Positions 1-8,467 of a stretch of DNA of 21,724 nt are shown piece after piece. Position 1 is the first letter of the stretch. Each line of letters starts with the position of its first letter. The notes under the pieces are model-generated. The model did not search any database. It was not told where the DNA came from and was given only the letters and a program-made list of their open reading frames with translations. Source of the DNA: Bdellovibrionia bacterium (GTDB lineage Bacteria > Bdellovibrionota > UBA1018); the NCBI GenBank assembly GCA_049424145.1, contig JBMSSC010000036.1, positions 1 to 21,724 of the forward strand, given 5' to 3'. The position numbers and the translations under genes were made by a program.

Positions 1-127
1 ATTTCCATCGGTAGTGACTGAAGCTGGGGAGTTTTGCAATCACGCCTAAAAAGAGCGATCCAATCTCCATCCACGTGCAGAGGAGTTCATAAACCGGGCT
101 GCCTAAGCGATGGAGGAAACGCTGCAT
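1..127 (-). CDS. mlaE: MlaE-family ABC permease, second copy (N-terminus only, runs off window)
   Basis: ATG at 127-125, 2 nt after the upstream mlaE stop. Frame is open to the window edge: MQRFLHRLGSPVYELLCTWMEIGSLFLGVIAKLPSFSHYRWK, resembling a MlaE N-terminal amphipathic segment. The family call rests largely on context. Confidence 0.6.
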   Translation of the reverse strand, partial: MQRFLHRLGSPVYELLCTWMEIGSLFLGVIAKLPSFSHYRWK

Positions 128-129
128 GC

Positions 130-939
130 TCATCCTTTGTGAATCCAAATCTGAAGGCTTTCTCCCAAAGTTAAAAACCCTTGAAAAAGCTCGCTTGTGA
201 GGTAGTTGGCAATGACGATATAGAAGTTCGTATAAACGGAGGCCAGAGTGACGGCTCGACCCACGCCACGGGCTCCACCGGTGGCCGTATAGCCTTGATA
301 ACAAGAAACTGCAGCCACGATTGCGCCATAAGTGATGGCTTTTAGTAATCCTCCCACAAACGTGCTCCAAGAGGTGAATTTTGGGATACTCGAGGCGAAT
401 TCTAAAAAATTCACTCCGCTACTGAGGCTTGCAACCGCCATGGAGCCTGCAATGCTGATGAGGAGTCCCAAGGCAAGCAGGATGGCACTGGAGATGAGGA
501 TGCCCATGAAGCGGGGAACAATGAGGTACTCCAGGGAGTCCACGCCCAAACACTCGATTGCATCAATCTGTTCTGTGACTCGCATGGTGCCTAGCTCAGC
601 TGCGGTGTAGGCTCCCACTTTGCCCGCGAGTAAAAAGGAAATAATCAGGGGTCCCACCGAGCGCACCAGGGCCGAAGTGTTGATGCCGCCTAAGAAGCTT
701 TGGGCATCGTACTTGGCTAAGATGGCACCGAATTGAAGCACTAAGATGGCACCGACGAAAACCCCAGAGAAGGCCACGGTGGGGATGGAACGAAGGGAAA
801 TGGATGCCACTTGCCCGAGGATTGGGTTGAGGTGTTTGGGATTGGATGCAAAGCGCTTGAGCACTTGAAAAGAAAAGATCGCAATGCCTCCGAACTCGTG
901 GAGGAGATCCAGGGTGGCTTTTTGAATGAATCGTCTCAT
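130..939 (-). CDS. mlaE: MlaE/YrbE-family ABC transporter permease
   Basis: Motif AGKVGAYTAAELGTMRVTEQIDAIECLG..YLIVPR and C-terminal GARGVGRAVT. Start placed at ATG 939 (ATGA overlap with the mlaF stop) rather than 969. Confidence 0.92.
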   Translation of the reverse strand: MRRFIQKATLDLLHEFGGIAIFSFQVLKRFASNPKHLNPILGQVASISLRSIPTVAFSGVFVGAILVLQFGAILAKYDAQSFLGGINTSALVRSVGPLIISFLLAGKVGAYTAAELGTMRVTEQIDAIECLGVDSLEYLIVPRFMGILISSAILLALGLLISIAGSMAVASLSSGVNFLEFASSIPKFTSWSTFVGGLLKAITYGAIVAAVSCYQGYTATGGARGVGRAVTLASVYTNFYIVIANYLTSELFQGFLTLGESLQIWIHKG

Positions 940-1745
940 GGGAAACTCCGTGCAGAGGGGAGCTTGCATTGGGTCTGTGCCGGCGGAGGGGAGTAGCTCA
1001 CCTCGGCCAGGAAGTCACGAATCAGGGGCTTTTGAGAGGCCCGGATCTGAGGGACCGTTGCGTGTTCAAGGACTTGGCCTTGATCTAGGACCAAGATGCG
1101 ATCTGCGATTTTTAGGGCACAGCCCATGTCATGGGAGACAACGATGCTGGTGACGTGAAGTTTTCTGGAGAGATCGAGGATTAAATCGTTGATGAATTGC
1201 GTGGTGATGGGATCCAGACCTGTGGTGGGCTCATCAAAGAGGAGGTAGCTTGGGCCTGCGGCCAGGGTTCTTGCGATGGACACTCGTTTTTGCATCCCAA
1301 AGGAAAGCTCAGCGGGCTTGAGTTCGAGGATGTCGGAGGAGAGATTGACGAGGGCTAATGTTTCAATCACTCGCTCTTGGATTTTCTCCGGGGTCCAGGG
1401 GGTGCTTAAGGTGGACATAAATTGAGGGGTTTTCAGTCCAAAGGCAACATTCTCCAGGACGGAAAGGGAGTCTAAGAGGGCAGGGTTTTGAAACACCATG
1501 CCACACTTTCTGCGCACTTCGGTGAGCTGCTCGGGGGTCATGGAGGTAACGGCTTGGCCATCCACGAGAATCTCACCTTGGTCAGGCTTCATCAGGCCAA
1601 TGATGTGCTTCAGGGTTACTGATTTTCCCATCCCACTTTTTCCTAAGATAAAGAGGATTTCCCTGGAGTTCACTTCAAAGGAAACGTCTTTTAAGACCGT
1701 TTTTCCTGGGAACGATTTAGTGACGGAGCAAAAGCGAATACTCAT
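936..1745 (-). CDS. mlaF: MlaF-like ABC ATPase (copy B, signature LSFGM)
   Basis: Walker A GKSGMGKS, Q-loop MVFQ, signature LSFGMQKR, Walker B LLFDEPTTGLDP, H-loop VSHD. Confidence 0.92.
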   Translation of the reverse strand: MSIRFCSVTKSFPGKTVLKDVSFEVNSREILFILGKSGMGKSVTLKHIIGLMKPDQGEILVDGQAVTSMTPEQLTEVRRKCGMVFQNPALLDSLSVLENVAFGLKTPQFMSTLSTPWTPEKIQERVIETLALVNLSSDILELKPAELSFGMQKRVSIARTLAAGPSYLLFDEPTTGLDPITTQFINDLILDLSRKLHVTSIVVSHDMGCALKIADRILVLDQGQVLEHATVPQIRASQKPLIRDFLAEVSYSPPPAQTQCKLPSARSFP

Positions 1746-1748
1746 GGA

Positions 1749-2450
1749 TCATCCCGCCGAAAGTGGGCCTTCTTTGAGTCCGTAAATGAACTGCCGGATG
1801 GCAGGGTCCGAGGAGGCCTGAAGCGTCTGGGGCGTCTCCCCGGGCGAGAGTCTACCTAAGGCCAAAAGGCAGATTCGATCCCCGAGCTGGTAGGCTCGCT
1901 GAATGTCGTTGGTCACGGTGATGAGCGTGGTGCCTCGCATTTTTCTCAGCCTTTGAATGAGATCCGCAATGGTTCGAGAGGTGATGGGATCTAAGCCGGC
2001 TGTGGGTTCATCGTACAGGAGGATTTCAGGTTCTACAATGAGGGCGCGAGCGATTCCCAGACGCTTTTGCATTCCCCCTGAGATCTCATCGGGGTAGAGG
2101 GATTCACAGCCTTGCAGGCCCACTTCTTGGAGAAACCAGCGGACTTTTTCCTTTGCTGGCTGGCCTTCGGTCTTCAAGCGCTCTTTGAGGGGGAATAAGA
2201 GGTTCTCCTCGAGTGTCAGGGAGTCAAATAGGGCATTTTTTTGAAACAACATGCCGATGTTGGGATTCCCAAGGGTGATCTGACCTTCGTCGGGTTGAAT
2301 GAGTCCTGCAATGAGTTTGAGAAGGAGGCTTTTCCCTGAGCCTGAGGGGCCTAAGAGCACCCAGGATTCTCCGGCAGAAATCTTCAGGCAAAGGTTTCGA
2401 AATACCCATTGGCCGCGGTACTGCTTGCCTAGATTCTGGCAGTTAATCAT
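1749..2450 (-). CDS. mlaF: MlaF-like ABC ATPase (copy A, H-loop His replaced by Asn)
   Basis: Walker A GPSGSGKS, signature ISGGMQKR, Walker B LLYDEPTAGLDP, H-loop VTND. Start ATG 2450 has a GGAGG SD and an ATGA overlap with the holB stop. Confidence 0.9.
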   Translation of the reverse strand: MINCQNLGKQYRGQWVFRNLCLKISAGESWVLLGPSGSGKSLLLKLIAGLIQPDEGQITLGNPNIGMLFQKNALFDSLTLEENLLFPLKERLKTEGQPAKEKVRWFLQEVGLQGCESLYPDEISGGMQKRLGIARALIVEPEILLYDEPTAGLDPITSRTIADLIQRLRKMRGTTLITVTNDIQRAYQLGDRICLLALGRLSPGETPQTLQASSDPAIRQFIYGLKEGPLSAG

Positions 2451-3595
2451 GCAGCCTCCAAAAGCCACGGCATGAGCAGGTGTTGAATGAAGAGCTTCTT
2501 ATTTAAAGGAAGCGAGGCTCGGAGCCGGGCTTGGGCTAAGCGCTCCGCGTGCTCAAGCCAGTATTTTCTGGCCTTCAGGAGCCCTGTTTGGCCTTGAGAT
2601 TGTTTTCTGGCATGGGAAATCAGGGCTTGTGTCGTTTTTTCCAGAGGTTGACTCCTCTCGCCTTGCCCCAGAACGGACCAGGGGTAGTTCTCCGGAGAGG
2701 AAAGAAAAGGGCTCACGCTCCATTTCAGTAAATCAGCAACGATCTGCTCCAGAAGGTCGAGTAAGATTTCCTGATTGGCGGATTCTGCCGATGCCCAATC
2801 GATGAGCGGATGAATCACGGCGCTTGGGGTTTTTAAAAACTCAAAGAGGAGCTTTCTTTTTTCCCAAACGTGCTCCTCGGCTAAAAGACAGGCTCGATCC
2901 CAGCTGCCTTGAGCCAGTGAGGCACACACGGCTCTTCGCTCGGGATCCAAGTCGGTGACGCTTAAGAGTTCCTCAAGCTGTGCGGTTGAAAACGGCTTGA
3001 GTCTAAAGTTCTGACAGCGTGAGGCAATGGTGGGGAGAAGTAAGGTGGGATCAGCTGCGGTGAGAAGAAAAACCCAACCCATGGGGGGCTCTTCAAGGAG
3101 CTTTAAAACAGAATTAGCCGCTTGTGCTGTCATTCGTTCAGCCGAAGCAATTAGGATGACTTTTAAGCGCCCCGGATGTGCGGCAAACCCTTGAGAGGAT
3201 TTGAGTTTTCGAAAGGTTTCAATCTTCAGTGCGGAGGAGGTGCCCTCGCTGGAGGCGTCCTCTGCGTCTTGGGCTGAGATTTCAATGAACTCCGAGTCAC
3301 TGGATGAGGCCACGCGCAAGCAGCTGGGGCATTGAGTGCAGGGCATGGGTCTGGTCGTATTTTTTAGGGACGCCGTGTGGCTCGCGCAGTCCCTAGAGGG
3401 AAGAGAGAGAAACCCCTGTGTTTCACAGAGCATCCATTGAGCCATGACCTGGGCTATCTTACGTTTTCCGATGCCGGCTTGTCCCGTTAAGAGAATGACC
3501 GAAGGCAGCTTTTGAGAGCTCTGCCACTGATTCATCAGTGGGAAGAGGCTTTGCCCGTGGTGATTGAAAATGAGCTCAGGCAACAGGGGGCTCAC
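2447..3595 (-). CDS. holB: DNA polymerase III delta-prime subunit
   Basis: GQAGIGK P-loop, Zn cluster C..PCTQCPSC, AANSVLKLLEEPP, LLPTIASRC (SRC motif). Directly downstream of tmk with a GTGA overlap. Confidence 0.9.
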   Translation of the reverse strand: MSPLLPELIFNHHGQSLFPLMNQWQSSQKLPSVILLTGQAGIGKRKIAQVMAQWMLCETQGFLSLPSRDCASHTASLKNTTRPMPCTQCPSCLRVASSSDSEFIEISAQDAEDASSEGTSSALKIETFRKLKSSQGFAAHPGRLKVILIASAERMTAQAANSVLKLLEEPPMGWVFLLTAADPTLLLPTIASRCQNFRLKPFSTAQLEELLSVTDLDPERRAVCASLAQGSWDRACLLAEEHVWEKRKLLFEFLKTPSAVIHPLIDWASAESANQEILLDLLEQIVADLLKWSVSPFLSSPENYPWSVLGQGERSQPLEKTTQALISHARKQSQGQTGLLKARKYWLEHAERLAQARLRASLPLNKKLFIQHLLMPWLLEAA

Positions 3596-4251
3596 GCACG
3601 AGTCCTCAAAGGCGTCTTCAAGTGGTTGAAATGGCTTGGGAATCGTTTGATTAGGGCTTGAAAGACGCGCAGAGCGAGAGCCTGAGGGGTTTGGTTTTCA
3701 ACTTTCAAGGTGAGCCACTGCTTGGGGCGTTCGCCTCGGGCTTTTAAAAAGCCTGATCGAACTTTTTTGTGAAACTCCAGTCCTTCCGCCTCAAAGCGAT
3801 TGGGGTCTGAGGCCCGTTTTAAGCCAATAGCCGGGTTAAGGTCTAAAAACACGGTGAGATGGGGTGAGACGCCCTGCGTTGCAATCCGATTTAAGGTTTT
3901 CACCTGAGACCAGGGTAGCCCTCGTGCATAGCTTTGATAAGCCAGCGTGGAGTCAGTGAAGCGGTCGCAGAGGATGATTTTTCCGGCCAAAAGCGCGGGT
4001 AGGAGGGTTTGCTCCAAGTGCTCAGCCCGAGCGGCTTGGTAGAGAAGAAGCTCAGTCCAGGGGCTCATGGCGTTGTGGAGCAGGAGGGATCGGATTTTTT
4101 CGGCCAATGGATTTCCTCCAGGCTCTCGGGTTTGAATCCAAGCCACGCTCTGCTGATCCAGCAGACAAGCCACTTCTCGGATCAAGGTGGATTTGCCTGA
4201 TCCTTCGGTTCCCTCAAAACTCACTAAAATGCCAGATCGTGTTTTTGCCAT
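3592..4251 (-). CDS. tmk: Thymidylate kinase
   Basis: FEGTEGSGKST P-loop, TREPGG, CDRFTDSTLAYQ. Confidence 0.96.
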   Translation of the reverse strand: MAKTRSGILVSFEGTEGSGKSTLIREVACLLDQQSVAWIQTREPGGNPLAEKIRSLLLHNAMSPWTELLLYQAARAEHLEQTLLPALLAGKIILCDRFTDSTLAYQSYARGLPWSQVKTLNRIATQGVSPHLTVFLDLNPAIGLKRASDPNRFEAEGLEFHKKVRSGFLKARGERPKQWLTLKVENQTPQALALRVFQALIKRFPSHFNHLKTPLRTRA

Positions 4252-4347
4252 GCCGATCCAACTTCGTTAGCTGAGCTTTGCAGACACGTCAAGCAATTCA
4301 GCGCAATGGATGTGGGGTGCTATCCTCCGCTTTCTGTCGATTTCAGG

Positions 4348-5148
4348 CTAAGGCGACGGATTTTGGGATCCGTCAGCAGGGGGGGAGTCCAAGGGAGGGG
4401 AATCGGTTGCGGACGGGGGCATTCCATAGTTCTGAGCGTCCGATGGGGATGGCACGTTCGCTCCAGATGGGTCCTGAGGGTCCGATCCAGAAAGGGGCTG
4501 CTGCGCCCCAGGATCATTGTCCTGCTCGGGGGGAGGGGGTGGGTCGTCTGGTCGCGGTGGGTCCATCTCAGGAGCAGGGCGTTGCTGTGGAACGGGGCGA
4601 TTGGAGGGGTTGATCGGTTGACCCATGGGGCGGAGCAGGCCCTCAGATGGCGAAGCGGCAGGAGGTTCTGAAGAGTTCGTGGCGTCATCCTGAGGATTCG
4701 AAGCAGAGGGGGGCTGCTGGAGTTGAGCCTTGGATTCTTGAGTGGCTTGAAATCGTTTCAGGATATCGGGCAGGGATTGCTCCTGCAAGGCTTGAACGGT
4801 GATGAGGATCAGACCCATGATGAGAAGAAGAGTGAGGGAGATGACAGCCATGAGCCGCTTTTTTTTGGGATGGTATTTGATCTTCGATGGCGTCAGCTCT
4901 TTTCTTAATGTGCGCGAGAGGGATTTTGCAAATTGATGCGCGTTGAACAAAAAATAGGTGGGGTCTTTGGTGCCTTGAACCAAATCATGAACGGTCTTGT
5001 AGGGGCTCTTCTCAGTTTCTGTGGACAGGGGCGATGAGCCATCGAGTTGCCCTTGGGCATGGAGTTGAATGACTTCATCCGTTGAAAAGGGCCCTTGGAG
5101 GTCTTTTCCGTTCTGAACGTACCATTGGGACAAATTGGGTTTTGCCAC
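4348..5148 (-). CDS. Hypothetical single-pass membrane protein with N-terminal GYF_2/DUF4339-like domain and Pro/Asp-rich tail
   Basis: WYVQNGKDLQGPFSTDEV fits the GYF_2 pattern W(Y)..GP(F/Y)S. A basic stretch precedes the TM LMAVISLTLLLIMGLILITV. C-terminus is low-complexity. GTG start. Confidence 0.75.
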   Translation of the reverse strand: MAKPNLSQWYVQNGKDLQGPFSTDEVIQLHAQGQLDGSSPLSTETEKSPYKTVHDLVQGTKDPTYFLFNAHQFAKSLSRTLRKELTPSKIKYHPKKKRLMAVISLTLLLIMGLILITVQALQEQSLPDILKRFQATQESKAQLQQPPSASNPQDDATNSSEPPAASPSEGLLRPMGQPINPSNRPVPQQRPAPEMDPPRPDDPPPPPEQDNDPGAQQPLSGSDPQDPSGANVPSPSDAQNYGMPPSATDSPPLDSPPADGSQNPSP

Positions 5149-5154
5149 TCTTTT

Positions 5155-5160
5155 AGTATA
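5155..5160 (-). promoter_or_regulatory. sigma70-type -10 box (TATACT) 6 nt before the GTG start, leaderless-type promoter
   Basis: Minus strand reads TATACT-aaaaga-GTG in an AT-rich context with no SD. Confidence 0.55.
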
Positions 5161-5207
5161 TCTTAATTATTTTAAATTTCTAGATCAAAGAAACCAGACG
5201 ATTAAAG

Positions 5208-5223
5208 TGGCAAGGGGTTTGCT
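5208..5223 (+). promoter_or_regulatory. sigma54 (-24/-12) promoter
   Basis: TGGCAAGGGGTTTGCT has exact GG-N10-GC spacing against TGGCAC-N5-TTGCW. It ends 24 nt before ATG 5248 and has an AT-rich upstream region. Confidence 0.6.
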
Positions 5224-5247
5224 TTTCCTCAAAGATCAGGGGGGGTT

Positions 5248-6078
5248 ATGGTCCTGATTTGGCTACTTTTTGTTCTTCTGGACATGCCGACGTGCAGAGC
5301 CGAAGAGTCTGCGTTGAGAACGGCTGAGGGGGTCGGACTTGACACGCAGGTGCCTGAGGGGAAGCGATTGAGCGTGGATCTCTTCTCAATTTTTTACGGA
5401 CCTTCGTTTAAAAACCCGACGTCGCATCTTCCGAATGCCGATGGGAGGCCTGATCCAAATCGAACAGTGGGCTTGAGAAACTTCTTAAGTCTGGGCTATC
5501 AGCTCTCCCCGGAAGTCGCTGTTTCTGGAACAGCATTTTGGACGATGGAGCCCTATTCAAACACCAAGGTAGCTTTACAAGACCCCTTCGTTAAGGTCTC
5601 AGATTCATCCTTGTGGCGAGAGGGGGGGTGGAACTTGTATGGAGATTTAAGGACCCACTTTGGGATGACGCCATCCTCAAGAGAAAGTGATTTACTTTTT
5701 GCGCTCCAGTCAGTTCAGGGGCTCTCCTATGAGTTTGCGGAAACAGGTTGGGTTCTGGGTGTTTATGGGTCGGAAAAAAGTAATGTTTTTGGAAAGTATG
5801 GGGTTGGCTATGATCTCGAGCTTTACGTTGCACCTCATATTCATTACGCCGTCAGTCCGACGCTGATGCTGTCTCTCCTTTATGAGGTTCGCCTGAGTCA
5901 TCTTTTTGGAGACCCGGTGGGTGAGCTCACCTCGGGTGGAACGGATCTTGAGCCCGGAGTGACTTGGAATTTGAGTCCGAGTCTCATGCTGAATCCCTAT
6001 TTGACGCTCAATACGACGGGAAAGCTGAGTCTGAGTACGACAACCTTTGGATTAATGCTGAACTGGAACTTGCTGTAG
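5248..6078 (+). CDS. Hypothetical exported protein, probable outer-membrane beta-barrel
   Basis: Signal peptide (..TCRA), alternating aromatic/hydrophobic strands, C-terminal FGLMLNWNLL, G-rich SD. Confidence 0.75.
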   Translation: MVLIWLLFVLLDMPTCRAEESALRTAEGVGLDTQVPEGKRLSVDLFSIFYGPSFKNPTSHLPNADGRPDPNRTVGLRNFLSLGYQLSPEVAVSGTAFWTMEPYSNTKVALQDPFVKVSDSSLWREGGWNLYGDLRTHFGMTPSSRESDLLFALQSVQGLSYEFAETGWVLGVYGSEKSNVFGKYGVGYDLELYVAPHIHYAVSPTLMLSLLYEVRLSHLFGDPVGELTSGGTDLEPGVTWNLSPSLMLNPYLTLNTTGKLSLSTTTFGLMLNWNLL

Positions 6079-6082
6079 TGAG

Positions 6083-6126
6083 AAAAAAAAGAGCCGGGTC
6101 GTCTAGGGGACTCACCCGGCTCTTTT
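6083..6126. terminator. Bidirectional intrinsic terminator
   Basis: AAAAAAAA-GAGCCGGGT...ACCCGGCTC-TTTT between the convergent barrel gene and pnp. Confidence 0.85.
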
Positions 6127-6149
6127 GACTTCATGGGTTGAAGCGGTCT

Positions 6150-8423
6150 TTATCCGGAATGCGAGGATCCGCCGCCTTCTTCGGGCCGAGTCACCTTGCC
6201 GCTTGGAGGTCTTGGGCCTCCACCGCTTCGTGGGCCTCCTCGGTGAGAAGAGCTGGGTCTTCCTCCGTCTGAGTCTCCTCGAGGTCCTCGGGCTGCGGCC
6301 CCTTCAGGAGCAGGCAAAAGGACCTTACGCGATAAGCGGATTTTTCCAGCCTTATCCACTTCAATGACCTTCACTTCAACTTCATCGCCTTCTTTGAAGA
6401 AGTCTAAGACGTTGTGAACTCGCTCATGAGCGATTTCTGAAATGTGCAGTAAGCCATCTTGATTGGGGAGGACTCCAATGAAAGCGCCAAAGTCGACGAT
6501 CTTCTTCACGAGACCTTTGTAGACTTTGCCTACTTCCACTTCGGCCACGATGGCTTGAATCATCTGAATGGCCTTTTGAGAAGCCACGCCATCGTTGGAT
6601 GCGATGTTGATTTTTCCATCGTCGTTGATGTCGATCTTACATCCTGTTTGAGCGATGATTTCTTTAATCACCTTGCCGCCCGATCCGATCACTTCTCGGA
6701 TTTTATCCGTTGGAACCGTGATGGTGGTAATTCGAGGAGCAAATTGGGACATTTCATGGCTGGGGGTTTCAATGGCTTTTGCCATTTCATTTAAGATGTG
6801 GAGTCGTCCTTCACGAGCTTGAGCTAAAGCTTGACGCATGATGGATTCATCGACACCTTCAATCTTAATAACCATCTGAATGCCGGTCACGCCATCTTTG
6901 GTTCCAGCCACTTTAAAATCCATGTCACCTAAGTGATCTTCATCCCCTAAGATGTCAGTTAAAATAGCGACGCGCTCTTTTTCCTTAATCAGGCCCATAG
7001 CAATACCGGCTACAGCTTTTGAGAAGGGCACACCTGCATTCATTAACGCCATGGAAGCGCTACAGACGGAACCCATGGAAGAGGATCCATTGCTTTCCAG
7101 TGTTTCGCAAACGATTCGGACGGTGTAGGGGAACTTCTCATAGGCGGGCATCATGGCTTTGATCGAGCGTTCTGCAAGAGCGCCATGGCCAATTTCTCGC
7201 CTGCTTTGTCCACCCATGCGACCGGTTTCGCCGACGCTGAAGGGAGGGAAGTTGTAGTGAAGCATGAATTTTCTCATGGAGTTTTGGAACATCGTATCCA
7301 CGATTTGCTCGTCTTCGGAGGTTCCTAAGGTCACCACGGAGAGGACCTGCGTCTCACCTCGGGTGAATAATGAGCTGCCATGAGTTCTGGGGAGAAGTCC
7401 CACTTCAACAGCGATGGGGCGTACAGTTTTTGTATCTCGGCCATCGATTCGGACCTTCTCGGACAAAATCATTTCGCGCATCAGATTGTACTGCAACAAC
7501 TCAAAAGCGGATTTGACGTCCGATTCCAGTTTCTTGGCTTCCTCAGGCTTCGTTTCGCTTAAAGAAGCAGGAACGAGGTCGGCTAAGGCCTTCTTTTTAG
7601 CCTCAGCAACGCGCTCATAGCGCAGCTGCTTTTCTTTGGTTCTCAGTGCCTGGGTGAGTAAGGGTTGCGCCAAGGCTTCCACTTGAGATTTGATCGTTGA
7701 ATTCAGTGCGACGGGAGTGAATTTTCGCTTTTCTCTTCCGCACAACTTTCGAAGCTCTTCAATCACGGAGACGACTTTTTTAATCTCCTCGTGGCCTTTT
7801 AAGATGGCTTCAAGAACTTGATCTTCAGGAACTTCGCGCGCTCCGCCTTCGACCATCATAATGGCGTTTTTGGTTCCTGCAATGAGGATTTCCATATCCG
7901 TTTCCCCGGAGTCAATTTGATTCCAGGTCGGATTGATCACATACTGCCCTTGGATACGGCCCACTCGGCAGGCTGCCGTTGGACCATTAAAAGGGATATC
8001 GGAGATGTGTAAGGCTGCAGAGGCTCCAACCGCTGCCGCGACATCCACATCTGCTGAGGGGTCCACGGACAAGACGGTGGCTACGATTTGAGTGTCAAAA
8101 AAGTACCCTTCTGGAAAAAGAGGACGAATCGGACGGTCAATCATGCGAGCCGATAACGTCGCTTCTTGAGTGGGTCGCCCCTCTCGTTTATGGAAGCTGC
8201 CAGGAATTTTCCCTGCAGCATAAAACTTCTCAGCAAACTCAACGGTTAAGGGGAAGAAATCAGCCCCTTCGCGAGCCTCTGAGCTGGAGCAAACGGTCAC
8301 CAGGACCCGAGTGTCGCCATAGCTGACGAATACGGAACCGTCGGCTTGTTTTGCTAGTTTCCCCGTTTCGATGGTGAGCGTCTTGCCCCCCATCTCACAT
8401 GAAACACGATGAATCATAGTCAT
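6150..8423 (-). CDS. pnp: Polyribonucleotide nucleotidyltransferase (PNPase)
   Basis: Two RNase PH domains (RREIGHG, ESNGSSSM, GDEDHLGDMDFKVAG), KH and S1 domains, Gly/Arg-rich tail, GAGGAGG SD. Confidence 0.98.
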   Translation of the reverse strand: MTMIHRVSCEMGGKTLTIETGKLAKQADGSVFVSYGDTRVLVTVCSSSEAREGADFFPLTVEFAEKFYAAGKIPGSFHKREGRPTQEATLSARMIDRPIRPLFPEGYFFDTQIVATVLSVDPSADVDVAAAVGASAALHISDIPFNGPTAACRVGRIQGQYVINPTWNQIDSGETDMEILIAGTKNAIMMVEGGAREVPEDQVLEAILKGHEEIKKVVSVIEELRKLCGREKRKFTPVALNSTIKSQVEALAQPLLTQALRTKEKQLRYERVAEAKKKALADLVPASLSETKPEEAKKLESDVKSAFELLQYNLMREMILSEKVRIDGRDTKTVRPIAVEVGLLPRTHGSSLFTRGETQVLSVVTLGTSEDEQIVDTMFQNSMRKFMLHYNFPPFSVGETGRMGGQSRREIGHGALAERSIKAMMPAYEKFPYTVRIVCETLESNGSSSMGSVCSASMALMNAGVPFSKAVAGIAMGLIKEKERVAILTDILGDEDHLGDMDFKVAGTKDGVTGIQMVIKIEGVDESIMRQALAQAREGRLHILNEMAKAIETPSHEMSQFAPRITTITVPTDKIREVIGSGGKVIKEIIAQTGCKIDINDDGKINIASNDGVASQKAIQMIQAIVAEVEVGKVYKGLVKKIVDFGAFIGVLPNQDGLLHISEIAHERVHNVLDFFKEGDEVEVKVIEVDKAGKIRLSRKVLLPAPEGAAARGPRGDSDGGRPSSSHRGGPRSGGGPRPPSGKVTRPEEGGGSSHSG

Positions 8424-8467
8424 ACCCTCCTCTGGGCTCCCCGCAAATGGGGGTAAAGTCTTTGGGA

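Noticed and set aside
4278..4688. Overlapping alternative ORFs (4278-4613, 4306-4671, 4320-4688)
   Set aside because: Shadow frames of the GC-rich, Pro-rich tail of the 4348-5148 gene.
8391..8406. parS-like CATCTCACATGAAACA
   Set aside because: Only 12/16 match to TGTTTCACGTGAAACA, and it lies in pnp coding sequence.
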